This document shows, piece by piece, positions 1 to 9,971 of a stretch of 64,000 nt of DNA. Made by a program: the position numbers and the translations under genes. The stretch is from the NCBI GenBank assembly GCA_038132955.1, contig JAYPSJ010000010.1, positions 7,463 to 71,462 of the forward strand, given 5' to 3'. Positions within the stretch are counted from its first letter, which is position 1, and each line of letters begins with the position of its first letter. The notes below the pieces were generated by a model. That model saw only the letters and a program-made list of their open reading frames with translations, did no database searches and had not been told where the DNA came from. Origin of the DNA: Flavobacteriaceae bacterium (lineage in GTDB: Bacteria > Bacteroidota > Bacteroidia > Flavobacteriales > Flavobacteriaceae).

Positions 1-165
1 CGTTTTATGGATAAGCATCGGTCTTTTTTTCTGTCTAATCCGCGCTTGGCTATGTTAGTGCGCAGTTTGGATAAAATGAAGCCAGAAACTTTAGAGCGTC
101 ATTTAATCAATGCACAAAAATTTTTAGATAAGCTGGATCAGGAATTGGACAGGTTGTCAATTTAG
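1..165 (+). CDS. 3' end of a CDS truncated by the window edge; product unknown (C-terminus loosely resembles cryptochrome/photolyase-related FeS-BCP-type proteins)
   Basis: Frame 1 is open from base 1 to TAG at 163-165 and gives ...RFMDKHRSFFLSNPRLAMLVRSLDKMKPETLERHLINAQKFLDKL... The family hint rests only on a remembered F..H..F...NPR(M/L).M......KM pattern. Confidence 0.35.
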   Translation, partial: RFMDKHRSFFLSNPRLAMLVRSLDKMKPETLERHLINAQKFLDKLDQELDRLSI

Positions 166-299
166 CATTAAGGATAAATAGGGGCGTAAAAGAAAATTAA
201 TTATATTCACTCTATGGGAGTAGGTTATATCGTATTATACACTTTTGCTTTGTGCTTGGTTTTAGGGCTTTTGGCGCTAACCGCTGATCGCGCTTAATC

Positions 300-941
300 A
301 TGATCTGGACAGAGCAAGACATTAAATCAGCCGAAAAAGTCACTCGGTTGAGGATGATTAATGCCATAACAGGAATAAAACCCGCAAATTTAATTGGGAC
401 CCAAAGTACTGCAGGCCGTCATAACTTGGCAGTGTTCAGCTCTGTGGTGCACCTAGGAAGCGACCCAGCTTTGATTGGATTTATCCTCAGGCCTTACGGA
501 GAGGTGCCACGCCACACTTGGCAAAATATTCAGTCCACTGGTCATTACACCATCAATCACATACCAGAGGCTTACACACAGCAGGCGCATTACACCTCGG
601 CAAAGTTTCCACAGGACGTTTCAGAATTTGATCGTTGCGGTTTTACCCCGGAATTTGTTGATGGGATAAAGGCGCCTTTTGTCAGAGAAAGTTCCCTTAA
701 AATGGGACTCAGTTTTGTATCGGCTACAGAAATTCCGCTTAATGGGACCACCCTGGTCATTGGAAAAATCATTCATTTGACCATTCCAGATGAATTTATC
801 GACCCCGCGGGGGAATTAGACCTACAATTGGCCCAGTCTACAGGGATTTCAGGACTCAATACATATTACCGCTTGGAGAAAATCGGTCAGTATCCTTACG
901 CGCGACTTAGTGACCTGAATGATTGGCATCCTTCAAAATAG
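300..941 (+). CDS. Flavin reductase-like (FMN-binding split-barrel) family protein
   Basis: 213-aa ORF with ATG at 300. The stretch INAITGIKPANLIGT...GRHNLAVFSSVVHLGSDPALIGFILRP is typical of flavin reductase domain proteins. No signal peptide. Confidence 0.7.
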   Translation: MIWTEQDIKSAEKVTRLRMINAITGIKPANLIGTQSTAGRHNLAVFSSVVHLGSDPALIGFILRPYGEVPRHTWQNIQSTGHYTINHIPEAYTQQAHYTSAKFPQDVSEFDRCGFTPEFVDGIKAPFVRESSLKMGLSFVSATEIPLNGTTLVIGKIIHLTIPDEFIDPAGELDLQLAQSTGISGLNTYYRLEKIGQYPYARLSDLNDWHPSK

Positions 942-1410
942 TTACGGGCGTGTCGACATTACCCGAGTAAAAAACCACTATCTCTGCTGGAACATCACCA
1001 TTGTTTTCGCCGTGGTGCCACTGATTGACCATTTCCGCAATCACGTCGCCTGTTTTCATTTGGAGCGTATCTCCAGCTTCACTGATAACTGTAAGCGCGC
1101 CACGGAGCAAAATACCTGCATTGATAACGGGATGACGATGGACCGGAAGTTTGGTGTGCGGTGGAATGGTAATTCTTAGCGCCGTCATTTCCGGATGTTC
1201 TGGATGATAGTCGGGCAGTGGGCTGCCGTTCCAACTTTCGGTGGTTTTTAACAGGGTCTCCACCTGAACTTTAGGAGTGGTGTCTTGGCCCCCATCGTTT
1301 GCAGTCGTGTCCTGTGTCTTTTGATCCTGATGGGTGCAAGCGGCCAAAAGACCGCTTACCCATAGTAAAACCAAAAAATACCTTTTAAGGCCAAGTTGCG
1401 GATTTTTCAT
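907..1410 (-). CDS. Cupin domain lipoprotein
   Basis: Cupin motifs HRHPVINAGILLRGALTV...GDVIAEMVNQWHHGEN. Start trimmed to the internal ATG (MKNPQLGLKRYFLVLLWVSGLLAAC), which gives a lipoprotein-type signal ending in Cys. The 3' end overlaps the convergent gene by 35 nt. Confidence 0.7.
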   Translation of the reverse strand: MKNPQLGLKRYFLVLLWVSGLLAACTHQDQKTQDTTANDGGQDTTPKVQVETLLKTTESWNGSPLPDYHPEHPEMTALRITIPPHTKLPVHRHPVINAGILLRGALTVISEAGDTLQMKTGDVIAEMVNQWHHGENNGDVPAEIVVFYSGNVDTPVTILKDANHSGH

Positions 1411-1420
1411 TTGAAATAAC

Positions 1421-2395
1421 TTAATCTTTGATGATTTTCTTTTGAACTTTTTGACCGTCAGCCGTGTTAAATTCAAAAGTATAAACCCCAGAAGCATAAG
1501 GGCTAATGTCAATCTGCATTTGGGTTTCTTGAATGGCTTTTCTGAGGATCAAAGTTCCTTTGACATCATAGACTTGAAGACTAACGATCTGTCCCAAGTT
1601 TGAGTCGTAAGTCATTTGTAGCTGCCCTGAAGTCGGATTAGGTCCTAAGCGAACTGCGCGCTGAAAGGCCTCTAAATCATCAATGGAAAGTGCCTCAACG
1701 ATGTCCATAACTTCCTGACCAGAGAGGGCGCGATTGTAGATAAGAATATCATCAAGTACTCCTGGAAACATATTGTTAGGCACATTGGCTTGAGTACCTA
1801 CAGTAAATGGATAGACGCTTTCCATCAGGTTTGTGCCATAAACTCTTTGCGCCGCTAAATTACCGTCGAGATAAAGGTAAGCGGTATTGCCGTCGTAAAC
1901 GGCAGCCACATGCATCCAAACCCCAGTCATTATCGGCGCGCTATCAATGGGTGGGTCTGCATTAATATTCCATCGAATTTCTTGATTTGGTGTGATTCCT
2001 AAATAATAACCACCGATGCCAAAGCCCGCCCAATTATTAAGCAGTCCAGTCCAGTCCACAATGGTTTCGTCGATTTTCATCCAAGCACAAAGGGCCATGG
2101 TGTTTCGGCTGCTAAAATCATAAATCGCCGGAGCAGATTGTGTGTCTAGATATTGATTGATCAGTTTCAAGGCCATGTCGGGCTCGCCGTAGCGGTTTTG
2201 TGCAGGAAGCAAGAATCCGCCGGTTGGAAAAGGATCTAAAGGCACAGTGTTTTGTGTACTATAGTTGGCATAATCGTTACCGTCGAGTTTATAATAGCCT
2301 TGGAGGCCATCCTGGGGAATTTGTGCCCATGTTGTGGTGATGCTCATTAGCACTATAAAAAAGGCACTTGAGGGATTGATTCGATTGATTTTCAT
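1421..2395 (-). CDS. LamG/concanavalin-A-like lectin domain protein with T9SS C-terminal sorting domain
   Basis: N-terminal signal peptide. The central WMHVAAVYDGNTAYLYLDGN...LDDILIYNRALS matches the LamG-type laminin-G_3 pattern. The C-terminal LGPNPTSGQL...YDVKGTLI...GVYTFEF...KIIKD is a T9SS type A CTD. Confidence 0.75.
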   Translation of the reverse strand: MKINRINPSSAFFIVLMSITTTWAQIPQDGLQGYYKLDGNDYANYSTQNTVPLDPFPTGGFLLPAQNRYGEPDMALKLINQYLDTQSAPAIYDFSSRNTMALCAWMKIDETIVDWTGLLNNWAGFGIGGYYLGITPNQEIRWNINADPPIDSAPIMTGVWMHVAAVYDGNTAYLYLDGNLAAQRVYGTNLMESVYPFTVGTQANVPNNMFPGVLDDILIYNRALSGQEVMDIVEALSIDDLEAFQRAVRLGPNPTSGQLQMTYDSNLGQIVSLQVYDVKGTLILRKAIQETQMQIDISPYASGVYTFEFNTADGQKVQKKIIKD

Positions 2396-2564
2396 GATGA
2401 TGAGCTTATTGCGTTTTGGATTGTAAGCTAAAGTTAGTTAAAATTTTGAGCAATTATTTGATCGCTATTCGAATTTATGAACTGACCATAGTTATCTTCT
2501 CATGAGCGTTATCAAGTGAATTTTGTATTTTGTTATCTAATTCAATCCCATAGACTAAAGCACT

Positions 2565-3077
2565 ATGTCAGACTATAAATCGCTTATCAGAACGGTCCCT
2601 GATTTCCCTAAAAAGGGGATTCAATTCAAGGACATTACTCCGCTATTAAAAGATCCAAAGGCAGTGAGTCATTGCTTGGATGCCATGATGCCTGAGCTAG
2701 AATTGCAAATAGATTTGGTTGTGGGGATTGAGTCTCGAGGATTTATTCTTGGACCTGTTTTAGCACAACGACTCAGTTGCGGTTTTGTGCCAATTCGAAA
2801 AAAAGGAAAGCTACCCGGGCACACCGTTTCTGCGCAATATGGCTTAGAGTACGGGGTGGCAGAAATTGAAATGCACCGGGATGCAATAAAACCAGGAGAC
2901 CGAGTTCTATTACACGATGATGTTTTGGCTACCGGAGGTACAGCATCGGCCGCTATTGAATTGATTGAGGATTTGGGGGGTGTAGTGATTGCATGTAGCT
3001 TCATTATTGAGCTGGAAGCACTAGAGGGTCGCGCCAGATTGGGCAACTATCCTGTAAAGGCGTCTTGCTATTTTTAA
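2565..3077 (+). CDS. apt: Adenine phosphoribosyltransferase
   Basis: 170 aa. FPKKGIQFKDITPLL, GIESRGFILG and the PRPP loop VLLHDDVLATGGTA are classic Apt features. Confidence 0.95.
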   Translation: MSDYKSLIRTVPDFPKKGIQFKDITPLLKDPKAVSHCLDAMMPELELQIDLVVGIESRGFILGPVLAQRLSCGFVPIRKKGKLPGHTVSAQYGLEYGVAEIEMHRDAIKPGDRVLLHDDVLATGGTASAAIELIEDLGGVVIACSFIIELEALEGRARLGNYPVKASCYF

Positions 3078-3327
3078 TTAATCCAAAGCATTAGTGGTGA
3101 CCCAATAGCGATATGCAATTAAGGCGAGTTGCCATTTTTTTGCTTTAGCCAAATCGACTCTTCTGGCAGTCAGACTAGGCAAGAAATTTCGATTAATTAA
3201 GGCAAGGGTTTTAAAAAAGCTGCGTTTCATAAATTCACTAAATGACAAGCTAAAGGTACAAAATAAATAAAGGGGTTATGCTCTAAGAGACCCCCTGAAT
3301 TTGTATCTTCGTGGACCAATTTAGACT

Positions 3328-4281
3328 ATGAGTTTTCTCTATTTATTTTTGGGTTTGACCGCCTTAGTTATTGGGGGCGAATATTTGGTGCGCTCTGCTG
3401 TAGGGCTATCTTTTAAGTTTAAACTCTCAAAAATGATCATCGGCCTAACGGTTGTTTCATTTGCCACCTCGGCACCTGAGTTGTTAGTGAGTTTAAGCGC
3501 GGCATTAAATGGTTACAGCGCTATAGCCCTTGGGAATGTCATTGGTTCCAATATAGCCAACATTGGTCTAGTTTTAGGGATTACAGCCCTGATCAGTCCT
3601 ATAGTTATTGATCATGATTTTTATAAACTCAACTGGCCGGTGATGTTTGCCGTGAGTCTGGCATTGACCTTTTTGTTGATTTATGATGGAGGGATTTCTT
3701 TTTGGGCTGGTGCAGGTCTATTTGCCTGTCTGCTGATATATCTGTTTATGTTGATCAAGCGCAACAAACGGGAAGCTATAGAGGAGGAGCAGTCAATCGA
3801 AGGTATTGACGAGTCCTTAGCGGTGGTTTCTGGATTTAAAATAGGTCTTTGGCTGATCATAGGCGCATTGGCGCTCTACTATGGCAGTGAGTGGTTGGTC
3901 AAAGGGGCTGTGGATATTGCTACAGATTTAGGAGTAAGTCAACGTGTAATTGCCGTTACAGTCATTGCCGTAGGAACAAGTGTTCCTGAACTGGCTGCAT
4001 CTGTAATTGCGGCCCTAAAAAAGGAAAAGGCATTGTCTTTGGGGAACTTAATCGGGTCAAATATTTTTAATATTGCTTGTGTGCTCGGGCTTACCGCTAT
4101 GATACACCCCATAAAGATTGATATCGCTGAATTTTTACCTGCGGATTTATACTGGATGGTCGGTTTTGCCGCCGCCTTGCTCATTCTAATTGTTCTGCCA
4201 AGTCCGCATCGCATTGGTCGAATAGAAGGATTCTTACTGCTAACTGCTTATTTTGTCTTTATCGCCACTACAATTAATTAG
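3328..4281 (+). CDS. Ca2+/Na+ antiporter (CaCA family, YrbG-like)
   Basis: 317-aa polytopic membrane protein. It has two alpha-repeat signatures (GNVIGSNIANIGLVLG and GNLIGSNIFNIACVLG, each near SxPEL) separated by an acidic loop. Confidence 0.85.
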   Translation: MSFLYLFLGLTALVIGGEYLVRSAVGLSFKFKLSKMIIGLTVVSFATSAPELLVSLSAALNGYSAIALGNVIGSNIANIGLVLGITALISPIVIDHDFYKLNWPVMFAVSLALTFLLIYDGGISFWAGAGLFACLLIYLFMLIKRNKREAIEEEQSIEGIDESLAVVSGFKIGLWLIIGALALYYGSEWLVKGAVDIATDLGVSQRVIAVTVIAVGTSVPELAASVIAALKKEKALSLGNLIGSNIFNIACVLGLTAMIHPIKIDIAEFLPADLYWMVGFAAALLILIVLPSPHRIGRIEGFLLLTAYFVFIATTIN

Positions 4282-4414
4282 GATATTATAGATATTCACC
4301 AAATTCAGGGGGGCTGTTAATAAATTATTGAGTTAATTTCCATTTTTCGATAAAAAATAGGGGGGTACTCACATTAATTTGATTTATTTTTGCGCAGAAA
4401 CAAAAAAACAAGTT

Positions 4415-6601
4415 ATGTCTACCCTTCGCTTTCAAGCCCTAAAAGAAACCTTATCCCGCAAGCCATTGGCGGTTCAAGAACCAGAAAGACGTTCTGAAAT
4501 ATTTGGCAAAAACGTATTCAATGAAACCGCAATGCTTCAGTATTTGACGAAAGAATCATACAATTCAGTTCGTGAAGCAGTGGTGAAAGGCACAAAAATC
4601 GATAGATCAGTAGCAGACCAGATTTCGGCTGGAATGAAGGATTGGGCGATTTCTAAAGGTGCGACTCACTACACGCATTGGTTTCAACCGCTAACCGGAG
4701 CTACCGCCGAAAAACACGATGCTTTTTTTGAGCCGATTGAAGGTGGAAAGGCCATTGAAAAATTTGGTGGGGGACAATTAGTACAGCAGGAGCCTGATGC
4801 GTCGAGTTTTCCAAACGGAGGTATAAGAAACACATTCGAAGCCAGAGGTTATACCGCTTGGGACCCGACTTCTCCAGCATTTATACTTGGTACTACACTA
4901 TGTATTCCTACTGTGTTCGTGGCATATACGGGTGAGGCACTTGATAATAAAACCCCGCTTTTGAGATCACTTCAAGTAGTCGATCAAGCAGCTACTGACG
5001 TCGCTAAATATTTTGACAAATCGGTTTCTAAAGTAATTGCTACTTTGGGTTGGGAGCAAGAGTATTTCTTAATTGATAAAGCTTTAGTCGATGCACGACC
5101 TGATTTGAAATTAGCAGGCCGCACTCTATTGGGTCATTCTTCTGCCAAAGGACAGCAATTAGATGACCACTACTTTGGATCGATACCGACACGTGTTTTG
5201 AATTTCATGCGTGACCTGGAAAACGAGTGTATGCTATTAGGTGTGCCAGTAAAAACACGTCACAATGAGGTAGCGCCAAATCAATTTGAACTTGCGCCAA
5301 TCTTTGAAGAAGCAAACCTAGCTGTAGATCACAACTCCTTGCTAATGGACGTTATGGATAAAGTAGCGGATCGTCATAACTTTAAAGTATTGTTCCATGA
5401 AAAGCCTTTTGCGGGTATTAATGGTAGTGGAAAGCACAATAACTGGTCTTTAGCTACAGATAAAGGGGTAAACTTATTGAGTCCAGGTAGTACCCCGATG
5501 AAGAATCTTCAGTTTTTGACCTTCTTTATTAATACGATTAAAGCAGTTAATGAATATGAAGAATTGATTCGTGCCGCTATCGCTAGTGCCAGTAACGATC
5601 ACCGCCTTGGAGCGAATGAGGCGCCTCCAGCGATTATCTCTGTATTTATTGGTTCACAACTTACATCAGTATTGGATGAGTTAGAAAAAGTAACCGACGG
5701 TAAACTTTCTCCACAAGAAAAAACAGAGCTTAAATTAAACGTTGTGGGTAAAATTCCAGAAATCCTTTTGGACAATACCGACCGTAACCGTACCTCTCCT
5801 TTTGCCTTTACAGGGAACAAATTTGAGTTACGCGCTGTGGGATCAATTGCAAACTGTGCTAACCCAATGACAGTATTAAATGCTATTGTGGCCAAGCAAT
5901 TAATCGAATTTAAAGCAGAAGTAGATGCCCTAATCGCGGACAAGAAAATGAAAAAAGACGACGCGATTTTCAATGTGCTGCGTGAGTATATTAAAGATTC
6001 TAAGCGCATTCGTTTTGAAGGGGATGGTTATGGACAAGCCTGGGAAGTTGAAGCTGCAAAAAGAGGTTTAAGCAACAACAAAACCACTCCTAAGGCCTTG
6101 AAAGCAAAGGTTTCAAAACGTGCTATCGAGCTATTTGAGCAACTCGGTATCATGAGTAAAGTTGAAATCGAGGCACGCCACGAAATCGAGGTTGAAGAAT
6201 ACGCTAAGCGCATCCAAATAGAGGGCCGCATTTTAGGAGACATTGCTCGTAATCATGTAATTCCAACAGCGATTCGTTATCAAAATATCCTAATCGAAAA
6301 CGTACAAGGGCTTAAAGATATTTATGGCGCTGGATTCAAAAAAGTAGCCGCTGAGCAAATGAGCTTGATCGAGCAAATAAGTGCCCATATTGAGCATATT
6401 AATAAAGGCATTACACAGATGATCGATGCACGCAAAAAAGCAAACGCCTTAGAGGACATGGAAGCCTGTGCATTTGCCTACTGCGAAGAGGTGAAGCCAA
6501 AGTTTGATGAGATCCGCTATCACTGCGATAAACTCGAGCTTTTGGTGGACGATGAGCTTTGGCCATTAGTAAAATACCGCGAATTGTTGTTTACGCGATA
6601 A
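4415..6601 (+). CDS. glnN: Glutamine synthetase type III
   Basis: About 728 aa from the ATG at 4415 (the ORF-track start at 4379 is a TTG extension). Length and motifs (WEQEYFLID, NEVAPNQFELAPIFE, HEKPFAGINGSGKHNNWS) fit Bacteroidetes-type GSIII. Confidence 0.9.
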   Translation: MSTLRFQALKETLSRKPLAVQEPERRSEIFGKNVFNETAMLQYLTKESYNSVREAVVKGTKIDRSVADQISAGMKDWAISKGATHYTHWFQPLTGATAEKHDAFFEPIEGGKAIEKFGGGQLVQQEPDASSFPNGGIRNTFEARGYTAWDPTSPAFILGTTLCIPTVFVAYTGEALDNKTPLLRSLQVVDQAATDVAKYFDKSVSKVIATLGWEQEYFLIDKALVDARPDLKLAGRTLLGHSSAKGQQLDDHYFGSIPTRVLNFMRDLENECMLLGVPVKTRHNEVAPNQFELAPIFEEANLAVDHNSLLMDVMDKVADRHNFKVLFHEKPFAGINGSGKHNNWSLATDKGVNLLSPGSTPMKNLQFLTFFINTIKAVNEYEELIRAAIASASNDHRLGANEAPPAIISVFIGSQLTSVLDELEKVTDGKLSPQEKTELKLNVVGKIPEILLDNTDRNRTSPFAFTGNKFELRAVGSIANCANPMTVLNAIVAKQLIEFKAEVDALIADKKMKKDDAIFNVLREYIKDSKRIRFEGDGYGQAWEVEAAKRGLSNNKTTPKALKAKVSKRAIELFEQLGIMSKVEIEARHEIEVEEYAKRIQIEGRILGDIARNHVIPTAIRYQNILIENVQGLKDIYGAGFKKVAAEQMSLIEQISAHIEHINKGITQMIDARKKANALEDMEACAFAYCEEVKPKFDEIRYHCDKLELLVDDELWPLVKYRELLFTR

Positions 6602-6621
6602 TTTGTTTTGAAAAAGAGAAA

Positions 6622-6661
6622 AGGGGTTCCGAAACTGAGGTTTGGAACCCCTTTATTTTTT
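6622..6661 (+). terminator. Rho-independent terminator after glnN
   Basis: AGGGGTTCC (6622-6630), a 13-nt loop, then GGAACCCCT (6644-6652) followed by TTATTTTTT. Confidence 0.7.
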
Positions 6662-6673
6662 ACCTTTGCCACA

Positions 6674-7855
6674 ATGAGTCAAGAGATTTCAAAACGGTAT
6701 GCCCAGCGCGGCGTTTCCTCGGCTAAAACCGAGGTGCACAAGGCTATCGAAAAGGTCGATAAAGGCCTATTTCCGGGTGCGTTTTGCAAAATAGTTCCAG
6801 ATTATCTTACAGGCAGTGCTGATCATTGTTTGGTAATGCACGCCGATGGGGCAGGCACTAAATCTTCACTAGCCTACATGTACTGGCGAGAAACGGGAGA
6901 TTTAAGTGTTTGGAAAGGTATTGCCCAGGACGCCCTAATTATGAACATTGATGACCTACTTTGCGTGGGTGCAGTAGACAATATCTTGTTGTCATCAACT
7001 ATTGGTCGCAATAAAAATCTAATTCCCGGCGAGGTACTTTCCGCCATTATTGGAGGGACTCAAGAACTTGTCGATGAACTTAGTGCACAAGGGGTGACTA
7101 TTCATGCCACTGGGGGTGAAACAGCCGATGTAGGGGACTTAGTGCGTACCATAATTGTGGATTCCACTGTGACAGCGCGACTCAAGCGTTCAGAGGTAAT
7201 TGACAATGCCAATATCAAACCGGGTAATGTGATTGTAGGATTGGCTTCATTCGGTCAGTCTACCTATGAACATGAGTACAATGGTGGGATTGGCAGTAAT
7301 GGTCTGACCTCTGCCCGCCATGATGTATTTAATAAAATACTCGCTGATCGTTATCCTGAAAGTTATGATGCTGCGGTCCCGGAAGAACTTGTGTATTCAG
7401 GGTCAAAAAACTTAACCGATGCCATTGAGGGTTCTCCTATCGATGCAGGTAAACTCGTTTTATCGCCCACTCGAACATATGCCCCTGTTGTTAAAGCTAT
7501 TTTTGAGCAGATGGGCCGAGCGTGTATCGATGGTATGGTGCACTGCAGTGGTGGGGCTCAAACCAAAATCTTACACTTTTTAACCCGCGGACAGGTCATT
7601 AAAGATAATTTGTTTGCTACTCCGCCTTTGTTTGAACTCATACAAAAAGAAAGTCAAACCCCGTGGAAAGAAATGTACCAAGTCTTTAATATGGGCCATC
7701 GCATGGAATTCTATCTCGACGAGAAATATGCCCAGCAAATAATTGAGATTGCCACACAGTTCAATTTAGAGGCACGCATAGTAGGGCGTGTTTTAGAATC
7801 CCAGCAAAAAGGATTGACTATCGTTTCTGAGTACGGAAGCTTCGATTACCATTAG
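6674..7855 (+). CDS. AIR synthase-related protein / PurM-like phosphoribosylformylglycinamidine cyclo-ligase
   Basis: Start trimmed to MSQEISKRY at 6674 because the longer ORF runs through the glnN terminator. HADGAGTKSSLAYMYW...NIDDLLCVGA fits the Bacteroidetes PurM-like family. Confidence 0.7.
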   Translation: MSQEISKRYAQRGVSSAKTEVHKAIEKVDKGLFPGAFCKIVPDYLTGSADHCLVMHADGAGTKSSLAYMYWRETGDLSVWKGIAQDALIMNIDDLLCVGAVDNILLSSTIGRNKNLIPGEVLSAIIGGTQELVDELSAQGVTIHATGGETADVGDLVRTIIVDSTVTARLKRSEVIDNANIKPGNVIVGLASFGQSTYEHEYNGGIGSNGLTSARHDVFNKILADRYPESYDAAVPEELVYSGSKNLTDAIEGSPIDAGKLVLSPTRTYAPVVKAIFEQMGRACIDGMVHCSGGAQTKILHFLTRGQVIKDNLFATPPLFELIQKESQTPWKEMYQVFNMGHRMEFYLDEKYAQQIIEIATQFNLEARIVGRVLESQQKGLTIVSEYGSFDYH

Positions 7856-7908
7856 GGTTTAGCCATAAAATTAACGTAAATTTGCCCAATTAATAGGGCT
7901 TTGTCTAT

Positions 7909-8985
7909 ATGCTACAAAAACTTAACATTGTAAAGCAGCGATTTGATGAGGTTAATGATCTAATCATCCAGCCTGAGGTTGTCAGTGACCAAAAGCGTTA
8001 TATTCAACTCAACAAAGAATACAAGGAGCTGTCACTGCTCATGGAAAAACGTGATGCTTATGTAGCCATGCAAAATGCTATGGACGAGGCCCAGCAGATT
8101 TTGGCCAGCGAAACGGATCCTGAAATGATCGAAATGGCCAAAATGGAGCTTGAGTCTGCTCAGGAACTCAAACCTAAACTCGAAGAGGAAATTCGCTTTT
8201 TATTGGTGCCCAAAGATCCGGAGGATGCTAAAAATGCAGTAGTTGAAATTCGCGCTGGAACCGGTGGAGATGAGGCTAGTATTTTTGCTGGTGATTTGCA
8301 CCGTATGTACACCAAGTATTGTGAATCCAAAGGATGGCAAGTCAGTGTGGTGGATTATAATGAAGGAACAAGCGGAGGCTTTAAAGAAATTATCTTCGAA
8401 GTAAACGGTGAGGATGTTTACGGCACCCTTAAGTACGAAGCTGGAGTGCATCGCGTGCAGCGGGTTCCTCAGACAGAAACACAAGGCCGAGTGCACACCA
8501 GTGCGGCCACGCTAATGGTCTTACCTGAGGCCGAAGAGTTTGATGTAGAACTTGATATGACCGAAGTGCGTATAGAACGTACCACTTCCACAGGTCCCGG
8601 AGGGCAGTCGGTGAATACCACTTATTCAGCCATAAAATTACACCATGAGCCCACAGGTATGATTGTGAGCTGTCAAGACCAAAAATCATCCCATAAAAAC
8701 CTCGAAAAGGCATTAAAAGTTTTGCGCTCAAGACTGTATGAGCTGGAACTGGCCAAAAAGATGGAGGCTGATTCTCAAAAGCGAAAAAGTATGGTATCTT
8801 CGGGGGATCGAAGTGCCAAAATACGCACCTACAATTATCCGCAAGGGCGGGTGACTGATCATAGAATTAACTTGACGCTTTATGATTTGGGAAACATCAT
8901 GGACGGGGATATCCAAAAAATCATTGATGAGCTTCAATTGGTGCGCAATACCGAAAAATTGCAAGAAGCCGGAGAAACCTTTTAA
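7909..8985 (+). CDS. prfA: Peptide chain release factor 1
   Basis: 358 aa. Contains the PxT-type recognition region and the GGQ motif ([12 protein letters not shown]). No frameshift site of the prfB kind. Confidence 0.95.
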   Translation: MLQKLNIVKQRFDEVNDLIIQPEVVSDQKRYIQLNKEYKELSLLMEKRDAYVAMQNAMDEAQQILASETDPEMIEMAKMELESAQELKPKLEEEIRFLLVPKDPEDAKNAVVEIRAGTGGDEASIFAGDLHRMYTKYCESKGWQVSVVDYNEGTSGGFKEIIFEVNGEDVYGTLKYEAGVHRVQRVPQTETQGRVHTSAATLMVLPEAEEFDVELDMTEVRIERTTSTGPGGQSVNTTYSAIKLHHEPTGMIVSCQDQKSSHKNLEKALKVLRSRLYELELAKKMEADSQKRKSMVSSGDRSAKIRTYNYPQGRVTDHRINLTLYDLGNIMDGDIQKIIDELQLVRNTEKLQEAGETF

Positions 8986-9011
8986 ATAGACAAAGTATAG
9001 AATCCAAACCA

Positions 9012-9833
9012 ATGACTCAGCCACAACTCACACAAGCCATTTTCGATAAATCGTCGTTTCTTTGCATTGGACTGGATGTTGATTTGGATAAAATCCCGCC
9101 TCATTTACTGCAACATGAGGATCCAATTTTCGCCTTCAATAAAGCCATTATTGACGCTACGCATCATTTGGCCGTAGCCTACAAACCCAATACAGCTTTT
9201 TATGAGTCATATGGGACCAAAGGCTGGCAGGCCCTAGAAAAAACAATCGATTATTTAAATGCGAATTATCCTGAGGTGTTTACTATTGCAGACGCCAAAA
9301 GAGGGGATATCGGCAATACCTCAACCCGTTATGCCAAGGCATTTTTTGATCAGATGGGCTTTGATGCCCTAACTATTGCCCCCTATATGGGGCGAGATTC
9401 TGTAGAGCCATTTTTAGACTTTGAGGACAAGTTTGTTATTCTTCTGGCTTTGACCTCAAATCCCGGTGCCTTTGATTTTCAGGTGAGTGAAAATACTGAG
9501 CATTTGTTTGAACAAGTCCTTAAAACGGCCCAAACTTATAAAAATCACCAGCGATTGATGTTTGTGGTTGGGGGGACCAAAACAGAGTATTTATCTCGGG
9601 TACGGGCGATTGTCCCTGATTCCTTCCTACTGGTGCCTGGTGTCGGGGCCCAAGGGGGCAGTCTTCAAGAGGTTTGTGACAATGCTCTCAATGATCAGGT
9701 CGGACTATTGGTCAATTCATCGCGCGGTATCATATATGCCAGTCAAGGCGAAGATTTTGCCCAGGCTGCCGCTGCAGAGGCATTGAAGCTACAACAGCAA
9801 ATGCATAACATACTTCAGCATCGCCAGCGCTAG
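9012..9833 (+). CDS. pyrF: Orotidine-5'-phosphate decarboxylase (long, type 2)
   Basis: 273 aa. Motifs [23 protein letters not shown] and [11 protein letters not shown]. Confidence 0.9.
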   Translation: MTQPQLTQAIFDKSSFLCIGLDVDLDKIPPHLLQHEDPIFAFNKAIIDATHHLAVAYKPNTAFYESYGTKGWQALEKTIDYLNANYPEVFTIADAKRGDIGNTSTRYAKAFFDQMGFDALTIAPYMGRDSVEPFLDFEDKFVILLALTSNPGAFDFQVSENTEHLFEQVLKTAQTYKNHQRLMFVVGGTKTEYLSRVRAIVPDSFLLVPGVGAQGGSLQEVCDNALNDQVGLLVNSSRGIIYASQGEDFAQAAAAEALKLQQQMHNILQHRQR

Positions 9834-9971
9834 TTCAGGCGCACAATCCTGCTCAATACAGTGGTCAGGGACTGTCGATATTTAAATCTCGTTTTGAATA
9901 AAATGCGATAAAAACCGGCATTCAGTGATGAATTCGTAAATTTATACCAACAAGCGACCCAATAACTCATA

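Noticed and set aside
3078-3230. 50-codon minus-strand ORF (MKRSFFKTLALINRNFLPSLTARRVDLAKAKKWQLALIAYRYWVTTNALD) between apt and the CaCA gene. Also a 27-codon hydrophobic ORF at 214-297.
   Set aside because: Both are too short to support from sequence alone, and I recognise no motif and no convincing ribosome-binding context. They would need conservation or Ribo-seq evidence.
4379-4414. N-terminal extensions in the ORF track (4379, 6608, 23685, 34886, 38639, 42433, 44963, 49779, 62374, 62878, 1512, 33512)
   Set aside because: The extensions start at non-ATG codons or upstream ATGs that run through terminators or neighbouring genes, or they add residues ahead of well-known N-termini (Walker A, Rossmann GxGxxG, signal peptides). 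I used the internal ATG in each case.
9834-9971. Cobalamin riboswitch upstream of the B12-dependent icmF
   Set aside because: Only a 5-bp hairpin (ACAGT-ggtcaggg-ACTGT) is present, probably a weak pyrF terminator. I see no B12 box (GCCACUG-like core in context), and the region is too short for the multi-stem aptamer.
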